64,000 nucleotides of DNA, taken from Ignavibacteriales bacterium (GTDB lineage Bacteria; Bacteroidota; Ignavibacteria; Ignavibacteriales; Ignavibacteriaceae). Below the pieces are notes generated by a model. That model was not told the DNA's origin. It worked only from the letters and a program-made list of their open reading frames with translations, and ran no database searches. The stretch covers positions 19,135 to 83,134 of the forward strand of contig JAGUYG010000022.1 of the NCBI GenBank assembly GCA_020061465.1, in the 5' to 3' direction. This document shows, piece by piece, positions 43,265 to 52,531 of this stretch (the stretch's first letter is position 1; each line of letters begins with the position of its first letter). The translations under genes and the position numbers were made by a program.

Positions 43265-44671
43265 TTGATGGTCACAAAGGAACTTAATAAAACAGAAAGC
43301 AAAAAAAGTTTAAAGCGAAAAAAGATTATCGAAGCCGCATCGCTATTGTTTGCTCAAAAGAATTATCATGAAGTAATGATGGATGATGTGGCGAAGCTTG
43401 CATCTATTGCTAAAGGCACTGTGTATAATTATTACGAATCAAAAGAAGAATTATATTTCTCTATAATGCAATTGCGGATGGAAAAATTAATTTCATCTTT
43501 AAGGGAGAAGATAAGCACCGAGATGAGCAGCTTCGACTCGCTTAAGTCTTTTATTATTCATCTTTACATGTTCATGATGAAATACAAACATTTCTTCTTG
43601 ATGTATAGAAAGGAATCATTAAACGCAGAAAATGAATTATGCGCAGAATTGAATAATCTCGAAACCGAATTAAAAAAAATTTTTTACAGAATACTAAATA
43701 AGGGTAAAACAGAAAGATTCTTCAGAAATGTTGACGAACAATTTGCTGTTGAGCTTGTGCTCGGAAGTCTTTACGGCGCAGTGTACCGCGGCATCGAAAA
43801 AAATTACGATGAAATACAAATGGTAAGCGAAAGAGAGAACGTTTATGAATTTATTCTTCATGGTCTGATAGGCAGTCGCGATGACAATAAAACACTGCCT
43901 CTCAAAAATAAAACTATTGTAATAACCAGAAGCATTGAACAATCCAAAGAATCTTCCGAGGCTTTTAGACAGTTAGGCGCCGATGTCATTATTTTTCCCA
44001 CGCTTGATATTGTGCCACCGGCTGATTGGGAAGAATTCGATTCGATTATCACATCCCCGGAAGGAATCGATTTTATAATATTTACCTCAGCACACGCGGT
44101 GAAAATGTTCAGCAAGAGATGCAATGAACTAAGCTTTAAGCCGGATTATGAGAAGAGTAAAGTAGTAGCAATCGGAAATAAAACTGCTGCCGTTTGTGAA
44201 CGCATGGGTATTCCTGTTCATATTATTCCGGCTAAATTCAGCAGTAAAGGTGTTGTGGAAGAATTAATTAAGTACAATCTAAACGAAAAAATAATCTTCG
44301 TTCCCCGTTCAGCGATAGGGAGAGAAGAATTGCCTATCGGGTTAAAAGAGCTTGGTGCTGTAATTAAAACTGCAGTAGTTTATAATGTTGCGCTCCCATC
44401 GTCTGAAATCATAAACGATAATATAGAATTGTTAAAATTGAAGAAACCGGATTTATTCGTATTCACAAGTCCTTCGACTTTTGATAACTTCTTAGAGATA
44501 TTGAAAATTCAAAACCCCGGTGAGTATTTCACAAAATTTGATGTTGCCGCCATCGGTCCAACAACAAAAGCCGCAATCGAAAGTAAGAACGTAAAGGTCA
44601 CAATCATGCCAGACGAATTTACTATCGACGGACTAATTAAAGCATCAATTGATTTTTACAAGAACAAATAA
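43265..44671 (+). CDS. hemD: fusion protein: TetR-family transcriptional regulator (aa ~1-205) + uroporphyrinogen-III synthase (aa ~210-468)
   Basis: N-terminal KKIIEAASLLFAQKNYHEVMMDDVAKLASIAKGTVYNYYESKEELY is a TetR HTH. The C-terminal part, KTIVITRSIEQSKESSEAFRQLGADVIIFPTLDIVP...IIFTSAHAV...VFTSPSTF, is HemD-like. It is a single uninterrupted ORF sitting in the hemD position of the cluster. Confidence 0.8.
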   Translation: MMVTKELNKTESKKSLKRKKIIEAASLLFAQKNYHEVMMDDVAKLASIAKGTVYNYYESKEELYFSIMQLRMEKLISSLREKISTEMSSFDSLKSFIIHLYMFMMKYKHFFLMYRKESLNAENELCAELNNLETELKKIFYRILNKGKTERFFRNVDEQFAVELVLGSLYGAVYRGIEKNYDEIQMVSERENVYEFILHGLIGSRDDNKTLPLKNKTIVITRSIEQSKESSEAFRQLGADVIIFPTLDIVPPADWEEFDSIITSPEGIDFIIFTSAHAVKMFSKRCNELSFKPDYEKSKVVAIGNKTAAVCERMGIPVHIIPAKFSSKGVVEELIKYNLNEKIIFVPRSAIGREELPIGLKELGAVIKTAVVYNVALPSSEIINDNIELLKLKKPDLFVFTSPSTFDNFLEILKIQNPGEYFTKFDVAAIGPTTKAAIESKNVKVTIMPDEFTIDGLIKASIDFYKNK

Positions 44672-44688
44672 ACAACTATGGAGAGAGA

Positions 44689-45762
44689 TTGAGTAACCCA
44701 AAGAACGACTTATTTATAAGAGCATGTAAAAGACTTCCCGTTAAACGCACTCCAATATGGATAATGCGTCAGGCAGGCAGGTACCTTCCGGAATATAGAG
44801 CGGTGCGGGAAAAGTACGATTTTCTTACAATGTGCAAAACACCCGAATTAGCTGCTAAAGTTACAATTCAGCCTGTTGATATTTTGGGTGTGGATGCTGC
44901 AATTCTTTTTTCGGATATACTTGTAATACCCGAAGCAATGGGAATGCATCTTGAATTAATTGAAAGCAAGGGGCCTGTATTCCATCAACCGATTCGTTCT
45001 GAAGATGATGCAAAAAAATTAAAAAGAATTGATCCGGATAAAGAATTAAAATTTGTTCTTGATGCAGTGGAATTGACAAAAAAAGAATTGAACGGCAGAG
45101 TTCCTTTAATCGGATTCAGCGGTTCACCGTGGACATTGTTGACTTACATGGTTGAGGGGAAAGGCTCTAAAAATTTTTCTAACGTTAAAAGAATGATTTA
45201 TAACGACCCTGCTCTTGCCCATTCAATACTGAATAAATTGTCGGATGTAATTGCGGATTATCTTTCGGCAAAAATTTGTGCCGGGGCAGATGCAGTTCAA
45301 ATATTCGACACTTGGGGAGGAATCCTTTCACAAAGCGACTTTCAGGAGTTTTCTCTTAATTACATAACAAAAGTTATTTCGCAGGTTAAAAGAAAAGATG
45401 AACCTATTGTCGTTTTCTGTAAAGGTGTTCACTTTGGTCTGGTGCAGCTAACTAATTCAGGCGCTGATGTTATTGGATTAGATTGGACAATGAATCTAGA
45501 AGAAGTAAGAAGCAAAATTGGAGATAGAGTTGCACTTCAAGGTAATTTAGATCCGACAGTCCTTTATGCCCCGGTGGAAAAAATTAAAGAAGAAACCGTA
45601 AACGTGCTGCGGTCATTCGGTAAAGGCAGCGGACATATATTTAATCTTGGTCACGGTATTCTGCCGGATATTGAACCGGAAAAAGTAAAAGCGCTTGTTC
45701 GTTTCGTTAAGGAAAAAAGCGCAGTATTTCATCCTAACGTTCCGGAAACACAAAAAGTATGA
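44689..45762 (+). CDS. hemE: uroporphyrinogen decarboxylase
   Basis: PIWIMRQAGRYLPEYRAVREK...TIQPVDILGVDAAILFSDILVIPEAMG...FDTWGG. Confidence 0.92.
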   Translation: MSNPKNDLFIRACKRLPVKRTPIWIMRQAGRYLPEYRAVREKYDFLTMCKTPELAAKVTIQPVDILGVDAAILFSDILVIPEAMGMHLELIESKGPVFHQPIRSEDDAKKLKRIDPDKELKFVLDAVELTKKELNGRVPLIGFSGSPWTLLTYMVEGKGSKNFSNVKRMIYNDPALAHSILNKLSDVIADYLSAKICAGADAVQIFDTWGGILSQSDFQEFSLNYITKVISQVKRKDEPIVVFCKGVHFGLVQLTNSGADVIGLDWTMNLEEVRSKIGDRVALQGNLDPTVLYAPVEKIKEETVNVLRSFGKGSGHIFNLGHGILPDIEPEKVKALVRFVKEKSAVFHPNVPETQKV

Positions 45763-45833
45763 TTAAAAAAGAAATAAATAAACTTAGAGGGATTATTCTG
45801 AATTGTTCTGAGTGATAAGAATAGGAAAAAAAT

Positions 45834-47222
45834 ATGTTAGAAATAGATTTAGCAAAATATAAAAAATACGATCAGCCGGGACCACGCTATACAAGCTACC
45901 CGACTGCACCGCAGTTTACCGAAATCTTTACGCATGAAGATTTTCTGGACGAGATAGTAAAAACTAATTACGGTGAAAATTTACCCAACCTTTCACTTTA
46001 CTTTCATTTACCCTACTGCGACACACTCTGTTTCTTTTGCGGGTGTAATATGATAATAACAAGAAACAGAGATCGCGTAAAGAAATATGTCGACTACATA
46101 AAAAAAGAAATTGATTTAATTAGAAGCTACCTGCTGCCGGATAGAAAAGTAACACAGCTTCATTGGGGCGGTGGTACACCTACACACCTCGATCCCGATG
46201 AAATTGCTGACCTTGCTTCTTTTATTCAAACGTCATTTCAATTTAGGAATGATGATTCAGGTGGCTCAGAGAACGGCTGTGAAATTGATCCGCGCGGTTT
46301 GACCAAAGCTCACCTTGAAGCGCTGCGATATAATGGTTTTAATAGAATTAGTATGGGTGTGCAGGATTTTAACGAGATAGTTCAGAAGGCAGTAAACCGT
46401 ATTCAACCGGAAGACATCACAAGGCAAACAGTTGAATGGGTGAGAGAATTAGGATTTCAAAGCATTAATCTCGATTTGATTTACGGACTTCCTTTTCAAT
46501 CCGTTGAAACATTTGCCGATACCGTCGATAAGATAATTAATATCTCGCCTGACAGAATAGCAGTATTCAATTATGCGCATGTACCCTGGTTGAAGAAGCA
46601 CATGGCGCTAATTCATGCAGAAGATTTACCTGCGCCGGAAGTAAAGCTAAATATTTTGAAGATGACTATAGAAAAGCTTACAAGTGCGGGATATATTTTC
46701 ATCGGTATGGATCACTTTGCCAAACCGGATGATGAATTAGCAATTGCTCTGCGGGAGAAAAATCTGTACCGCAATTTTCAGGGTTACAGCACCAATGCCG
46801 ATGCCGACCTTTATGCAATGGGAATTACAGGCATCAGTCAGCTCCAGAAAATTTATGCACAAAATTACAAAACCGAAAAAGAATATTATGACGCACTCGA
46901 TAACGAAAGAATTCCCACAGTAAAAGGATATAAACTAACAGAAGACGACACAATAAGAAGATACGTTATCATGCGCTTAATGTGCAACTTTGAATTGGAC
47001 TTTTCCGGTGTAGAAGAAAAGTTCGGGATAAACTTTAAGGATTACTTTGCATGGGGATTGAATAACCTCAAAGAAATGCAGGCAGATGAATTGGTAAATG
47101 TAGACGGCAACAAATTGGAAGTAACGGATATGGGTCGGTTGCTCATCCGCAACATTGCTATGAATTTTGACGGCTATATTGAGCGGAAGGAAGATAAAGC
47201 AAAGTATTCACGCACTATGTAA
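45834..47222 (+). CDS. hemN: oxygen-independent coproporphyrinogen-III oxidase (radical SAM)
   Basis: GPRYTSYPTA...LYFHLPYCDTLCFFCGCN...HWGGGTPT...ISMGVQDF. Confidence 0.92.
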   Translation: MLEIDLAKYKKYDQPGPRYTSYPTAPQFTEIFTHEDFLDEIVKTNYGENLPNLSLYFHLPYCDTLCFFCGCNMIITRNRDRVKKYVDYIKKEIDLIRSYLLPDRKVTQLHWGGGTPTHLDPDEIADLASFIQTSFQFRNDDSGGSENGCEIDPRGLTKAHLEALRYNGFNRISMGVQDFNEIVQKAVNRIQPEDITRQTVEWVRELGFQSINLDLIYGLPFQSVETFADTVDKIINISPDRIAVFNYAHVPWLKKHMALIHAEDLPAPEVKLNILKMTIEKLTSAGYIFIGMDHFAKPDDELAIALREKNLYRNFQGYSTNADADLYAMGITGISQLQKIYAQNYKTEKEYYDALDNERIPTVKGYKLTEDDTIRRYVIMRLMCNFELDFSGVEEKFGINFKDYFAWGLNNLKEMQADELVNVDGNKLEVTDMGRLLIRNIAMNFDGYIERKEDKAKYSRTM

Positions 47223-47837
47223 TTATAGATAATACTATTTGTTTACTCTGTATATAGATTCCTGAACAAATTTGCAATCGGATTGCAAAATTGTCCAACC
47301 ATCCAACAGTGCATCCAAGTAATAAACTAAAAGAATTTACTCGATTTAAGAAGATTAAGATAAGATTTATAATCCACAAGGAAACCTTTGCCCATTGAAT
47401 AGTACCTTTGCTTTGTGAAAAAAAGAAGGCGATAATTGCTCAAAGGGAAAAAGCTAAAATAAGGACAGAAACGAGACCAATAAGAAATGAGAGAGAGAAA
47501 ACACGTGAGGTACAATAAATATTTCACCCATATATTTTAGATATATTTTTATCTAATTGCATATATTAAATCATAATCACATATATGACAGAAAGAAAGA
47601 GTAATTAAAAGTGGGGAATTCTTTTGACCCGTTACAATCCGATTTGATTTGAGATAAAATTTACAAATACCCAAAGCCACATCAAATCACCTGTCAATAT
47701 TTTACCCGGAAACATTTTATAATTGCGATATCTCCGCTTGCTTGGTTTGATTTCAACATGTTATTATTTTACACCGTGCTCTGTAAATAATATCTCAAGC
47801 AAAATCCCAATCATGTATAATTTGAAAGTAAGCTAAT

Positions 47838-48368
47838 ATGCGTAAGGTAATTTTAAATCTCGCAGTAAGCCTTGACGGCTTTATCGAAGGTCCAAATGGC
47901 GAATATGATTGGTGCTTTATCGATCAAGATTATGGCATGTCCGCTTTTATGAAGCGTATTGATACCATTTTTCTTGGCAGAAAAAGTTATGAACAATTGA
48001 TTAGCTCTGATAAAAATCCTTTTCCCGATAAAAAAAAATTTATCTTTTCAAGTACATTAATAAATGCAGGAAAGAATTTTCAAATAATCAGCGGTGATCT
48101 GAAAAAAGAAGTTGAAGCAATTAAGAATCGAAATGGGAAAGATGTTTGGCTTTTTGGCGGAGCGGCTTTAACCGAAAGTATGATTAACGAAGAATTGGTG
48201 GATGAGCTTCAGCTAGCGGTTCATCCAATACTTCTTGGCTGCGGCAAGCAGTTGTTCGGAAATCTTCGCGAGCGAATTCAACTTGAATTAATGGATGTAA
48301 AAACTTATTCAAGCGGGTTGGTTCAGTTGATGTACACATTCGATGAAAATAGGACGAACCGGCAATGA
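47838..48368 (+). CDS. dihydrofolate reductase-family (RibD C-terminal domain) protein
   Basis: MRKVILNLAVSLDGFIEGPNGEYDW...IFLGRKSYE...VWLFGGAALT...LQLAVHPILLGCG. Confidence 0.8.
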   Translation: MRKVILNLAVSLDGFIEGPNGEYDWCFIDQDYGMSAFMKRIDTIFLGRKSYEQLISSDKNPFPDKKKFIFSSTLINAGKNFQIISGDLKKEVEAIKNRNGKDVWLFGGAALTESMINEELVDELQLAVHPILLGCGKQLFGNLRERIQLELMDVKTYSSGLVQLMYTFDENRTNRQ

Positions 48369-48901
48369 CAGATTCAATCGAAATTAGACCCATCCGTGTT
48401 GGTGACGCAGAAGAAATATTCAGACTTATTGTTTCATGCCGCGCTTATTTAGCAGAGTGGCTGCCTTGGGCTGACTATACCAGAACAGTTCGCGACACCG
48501 AAGATTATATACGGGCTAATGAGGGAAAGGATGTTTTTTCCGGCAGGGAAATTTTCACGGTTAAATATTACGGGGCAATAGTCGGATTAATCGACTTACA
48601 CGGCGGCGATCATCTGAACAGAAAAGCAGAAATTGGATATTGGCTTCATGAAAAATTTCAAGGCAGGGGTATTATGACAGCCGCATGTAAAATATGTCTC
48701 GATTATGCATTCAATCAACTTGATCTTAACAGGATAGTGATTAAGTGCGTTAAAGAAAATCTCAAGAGCAGAAATATCCCGGAGCGGCTCTCTTTTTCTT
48801 ACGAAGGATTAGAGCGGGCTGGCTTTTTTCTGCAAGATAACTTTAGAGACTTAGCGGTCTATTCAATGCTGCACAAAGAGTGGCTAAAATTATATCCATA
48901 A
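48365..48901 (+). CDS. GNAT-family N-acetyltransferase (RimJ/RimL-like)
   Basis: AEIGYWLHEKFQGRGIMTAACKICLDYAF..LDLNRIVIKCVKENLKSRNIPERLSFSYEG. The start overlaps the upstream stop as ATGA. Confidence 0.8.
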   Translation: MTDSIEIRPIRVGDAEEIFRLIVSCRAYLAEWLPWADYTRTVRDTEDYIRANEGKDVFSGREIFTVKYYGAIVGLIDLHGGDHLNRKAEIGYWLHEKFQGRGIMTAACKICLDYAFNQLDLNRIVIKCVKENLKSRNIPERLSFSYEGLERAGFFLQDNFRDLAVYSMLHKEWLKLYP

Positions 48902-49055
48902 GCGCAAAAACAAAATCAAGTCTTACTGCTCGAAGTTAAGAAATCCGGAGTTCAGTATACCTGACAAATAATGAATTAGTACAAAAAGAAAACATTATTG
49001 CGCCATTCTACAAACCTCCTTAGAATAAAACAACATAGTTGCACAAGTGGTTATG

Positions 49056-50069
49056 CTACCGCTGTATTTTTATTTTCATATCCTTTTCAATTTCTTTCCC
49101 GAAGTGTTTTTTATACAATTCTTGATATTTCGGTAACAGCTCAGATGAAACTTCTTCACCATTAACACGCAAGACGTCGGGTGTTAGTTCAAAATCAAAA
49201 TCATCCTCATCGTCTTCAATAATGTTATCATTTACCAGCTCAACTCGTACATCATCTAAAAAGTCATTAAGCTTCTTTATTTCTTTTTTTACACCCTTCA
49301 ATTCCTTTTTAACACTATTTAACTCGATTTTTATTTCATCCAAATTTTCTTTTAAATCAGGCAATTCGATTTCAATGGGATCAAATTCAAAATGCAGCTT
49401 CTTTATTTCTTCGCCTAACTCTTTCATATTTCGGTCCAAGTCGTGCATATCTAATTCAATTTTGAATTTCTTCGGCGGAATGTGGAAACGTCTTAGATTT
49501 TCAGTTAGTTCACGGATGTTTTCTCTAAAAGTTTTCCGGTCAAATTTAATTCTTATTTTTTGTGAATCGATACCTTTTAATTCCTCCTTCAATCTGTCCA
49601 TTTCTTCCTTAAACTTTTCCTTATCGAATTCAAATTCGAAAAAGCGGCTATGCTCATCCCGCATTCTCTCTTTAAGTTTCTTCAATTCCTCTTTCGATTT
49701 TTTTGTATCGAACTTGAAGATTTTTATTTGTTCGGCTAAATCATCCTTATCTTTTCTTAAGCGGTCAAGTTCGTCGAATATCATCCCTCCATATTTAGAA
49801 ATATCTTCTTCCGGTACAAGCTTTTCGTTTCTGTAAATTTTAACAATCTTTCCATTGTCAAGATAAACTTTATATCGGGCGTTATCGTTTTCATTATAAA
49901 AAATTAAAGTGTGACTGTATTTATTATCTTCTTCGTCCGAATAAAAATATTCCGTTTCGCTGCTGCTTGCGGACGAACTACACGCACTAAATAAAGCTAA
50001 AAAAAATAGAAGTAATGCCGATAAAAAAATATTACCGTATTGTCCGGACTTATTGTAATGCTTGAGCAT
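49056..50069 (-). CDS. K/E-rich coiled-coil lipoprotein, function unknown
   Basis: Lipobox LALFSAC. The remainder is repetitive (KEELKKLKERMRDE..., LKEELKGI..., VKKELKGVKKEIKKLNDF). Confidence 0.65.
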   Translation of the reverse strand: MLKHYNKSGQYGNIFLSALLLFFLALFSACSSSASSSETEYFYSDEEDNKYSHTLIFYNENDNARYKVYLDNGKIVKIYRNEKLVPEEDISKYGGMIFDELDRLRKDKDDLAEQIKIFKFDTKKSKEELKKLKERMRDEHSRFFEFEFDKEKFKEEMDRLKEELKGIDSQKIRIKFDRKTFRENIRELTENLRRFHIPPKKFKIELDMHDLDRNMKELGEEIKKLHFEFDPIEIELPDLKENLDEIKIELNSVKKELKGVKKEIKKLNDFLDDVRVELVNDNIIEDDEDDFDFELTPDVLRVNGEEVSSELLPKYQELYKKHFGKEIEKDMKIKIQR

Positions 50070-50368
50070 CTTTTTTCTCCATTTTAATTAGATAAAAGTA
50101 AAACAGTCAGGTCATTTTAATCTGCTGCTTTTATTTCCTTTTGGTGTTTTTGACGTTTGCAAATAGCTTTAAGTTCTTGATGAATGATGTAATTAAAGGA
50201 AGGGATTTAATTGGTGATTAAAGGATTATCTTTAAGATGAAATAGTTGATAATGCAAAAATAATCGCAATATTTTCTTAAGAAGGGGATAGTTTTCCCAA
50301 AATTAAGCATATTTTCACTGTCAGCTTTATTTGGATTAATTTTCGAGAAAAAATTATTAAAAAATCGA

Positions 50369-51577
50369 ATGCCCGGAGATAAAATTTTCACGGCAGCAGT
50401 TATTGGCGGGGGTATAATCGGAACCGCTACTGCAATGATTCTGCAGCAGTCAGGCAAGCACAAAATTATTTTAATTGAAGCTGAAGAAAAATTAGCTTCG
50501 CATCAAACCGGACACAACAGCGGGGTAATTCATTCGGGGTTGTATTATAAGCCTGGATCGCTAAAAGCGAAAAACTGTGTGCGCGGCAGAGAGATGATGT
50601 ATGAGTTCTGCGTACAGAATAATATTAACTTCGAGCAATGCGGCAAAGTGGTTGTTGCCGTTGAAGCAAATGAAATAAGCATATTAAATGAATTGTATGA
50701 AAAAGGTCTTGCAAACGGACTTCATCAATTAAAACTTTTATCGAAAGATGAAATGAGAGAATACGAGCCGTTCGTTGAAGGAATTGCAGGACTTTTTGTC
50801 GGGGAAACCGGTATAGTAGATTTTGTTGAAGTAACTGATAAGATGGGTGAATTGTTCGAAACGGCAGGAGGGGAAATTAAATACCGGCATAAATTTTTAT
50901 CAGTTAATAAGTTGCAAGATTATTTAATTCTAGAAACTTCAGGCGGAGAAATTAAAACTCATTTCTTAATCAACTGCGGAGGTCTTTATTCAGACCGAAT
51001 TGCAAAATTGTGCGGAATTAGTCCTTCATTAATGATAGTTCCCTTTCGCGGTGAATATTATAAGTTAAGAAGGGAAAAACAGCATCTTGTAAAGAATCTT
51101 ATTTATCCTGTTCCCGATCCGCAATTTCCTTTTTTAGGAGTTCACTTTACCCGAATGATAAAAGGCGGAGTGGAAGCCGGACCAAATGCAGTGTTATCAT
51201 TCAAAAGAGAAGGGTACGAAAAATTTGATTTTTCTTTACAAGACACATTAGAAATGATGACATACACAGGATTCTGGAAGATGGCTTCAAAATATTATCG
51301 CATGGGCTTGACCGAGTTTATAAGATCGTTCAACAAACTTGAGTTCGTTAGAGCGCTCCAAAAGCTAATTCCTTCAATTGAGGCTGACGATATATTACCC
51401 GGAGGTTCGGGTGTAAGGGCACAAGCACTTGAACCTGACGGGAAATTAGTTGACGACTTTCGTATAACTATGGTGGATAAAATGATACACGTACTCAATG
51501 CACCATCGCCTGCTGCTACTGCATCTCTCAGCATAGCTGAATATATATGCAGCCTGGCTGAAAAAACAATTAGTTAA
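50369..51577 (+). CDS. lhgO: L-2-hydroxyglutarate oxidase (FAD-dependent)
   Basis: AAVIGGGIIGTATAM...HQTGHNSGVIHSGLYYKPGSLKAKNC...PFRGEYY...NAPSPAATASL. Confidence 0.8.
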   Translation: MPGDKIFTAAVIGGGIIGTATAMILQQSGKHKIILIEAEEKLASHQTGHNSGVIHSGLYYKPGSLKAKNCVRGREMMYEFCVQNNINFEQCGKVVVAVEANEISILNELYEKGLANGLHQLKLLSKDEMREYEPFVEGIAGLFVGETGIVDFVEVTDKMGELFETAGGEIKYRHKFLSVNKLQDYLILETSGGEIKTHFLINCGGLYSDRIAKLCGISPSLMIVPFRGEYYKLRREKQHLVKNLIYPVPDPQFPFLGVHFTRMIKGGVEAGPNAVLSFKREGYEKFDFSLQDTLEMMTYTGFWKMASKYYRMGLTEFIRSFNKLEFVRALQKLIPSIEADDILPGGSGVRAQALEPDGKLVDDFRITMVDKMIHVLNAPSPAATASLSIAEYICSLAEKTIS

Positions 51578-51731
51578 AAAGAGGTTTATTGTTTCCCGTA
51601 AATATTTTATTTAATTATTGACAATAAAAATTTTTAATTTTATGTTGCTCACGCATCTGCCGGGGTAATTTAAACTAAATAGATTCATTATTGCCGGGGC
51701 TATCAAACAATCACTACTTTGAGGTTAAAAT

Positions 51732-52181
51732 ATGAAAAACGTCCGCGAAATTCTCAAAAGCAAAGGAACACAGGTATATTCCATCTCTCTCGATTCCACA
51801 GTTTTTGAAGCTCTCCAATTGATGTCGGAAAAAGGAATCGGCGCTCTGCTTGTAATAGAAGGTGAAGAAGTGGTCGGAATTCTTTCAGAAAGAGATTACG
51901 CAAGAAAAGTTATTCTGGTGGGAAAAACGTCTAAAGAAACATTGGTAAAAGAAATTATGTCTACAAAAGTAATGTACGTAAACAGCGATGTTTCCACCGA
52001 AGAGTGTATGGCTTTGATGATTACGAAACGAATCAGACATTTGCCGGTAATTGATAACGGAAAATTGACGGGCTTAATTTCAATCGGTGATGTGGTTAAG
52101 GCAGTAATTGATGAAAAAGAATTCGTAATTGATCAATTAGTGCGTTACATAACCGATGCACCAACTTTAAGCCAAAAATAA
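51732..52181 (+). CDS. CBS-domain pair protein
   Basis: Two CBS units (ALQLMSEKGIGALLVIEGEEVVGILSERD; CMALMITKRIRHLPVIDNGKLTGLISIGD). Confidence 0.85.
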   Translation: MKNVREILKSKGTQVYSISLDSTVFEALQLMSEKGIGALLVIEGEEVVGILSERDYARKVILVGKTSKETLVKEIMSTKVMYVNSDVSTEECMALMITKRIRHLPVIDNGKLTGLISIGDVVKAVIDEKEFVIDQLVRYITDAPTLSQK

Positions 52182-52531
52182 TTTAAACATCGGTTGAGTT
52201 CATTTTAATATAAAAGTTTGGGAAATAATCCGGAATGATTTTCGATAATGAACTCTAAACACCGGGAATAAAATACTTAGTTTAAAATCTTCGGTGTTCA
52301 GCGTTTGAGATTCAAATCTCATCATTTAAAAGGATCGAAATCAGAATACATCATTCCTAGGCACCTAATGTCCTTGTGTTTATTTTACTTCTAACTTGAT
52401 ACAACTAAGTGTTGAGACCGAGTGATTTTGAATAACATTCACCCAAGAATTCATTTTATAACTTTTCTTGCTTTTAGCATTTCACCTTAACTAATTTGCA
52501 TTAAACAAATTGAAATTATTGTGAGGTCAAA

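Noticed and set aside
47327-47527. 66-aa minus-strand ORF in the hemN/DHFR-family intergenic region
   Set aside because: It is hydrophobic and low-complexity, with no ribosome-binding context and no motif. It sits in an AT-rich spacer and is not supported.
49222-49836. 204-aa ORF on the + strand, rich in Ser/Phe/Leu
   Set aside because: It lies entirely antisense to the K/E-rich coiled-coil lipoprotein gene (49056-50069). AAG/GAA-rich codons on one strand automatically give an open CTT/TTC-rich frame on the other. The product has no start context and no believable protein features.
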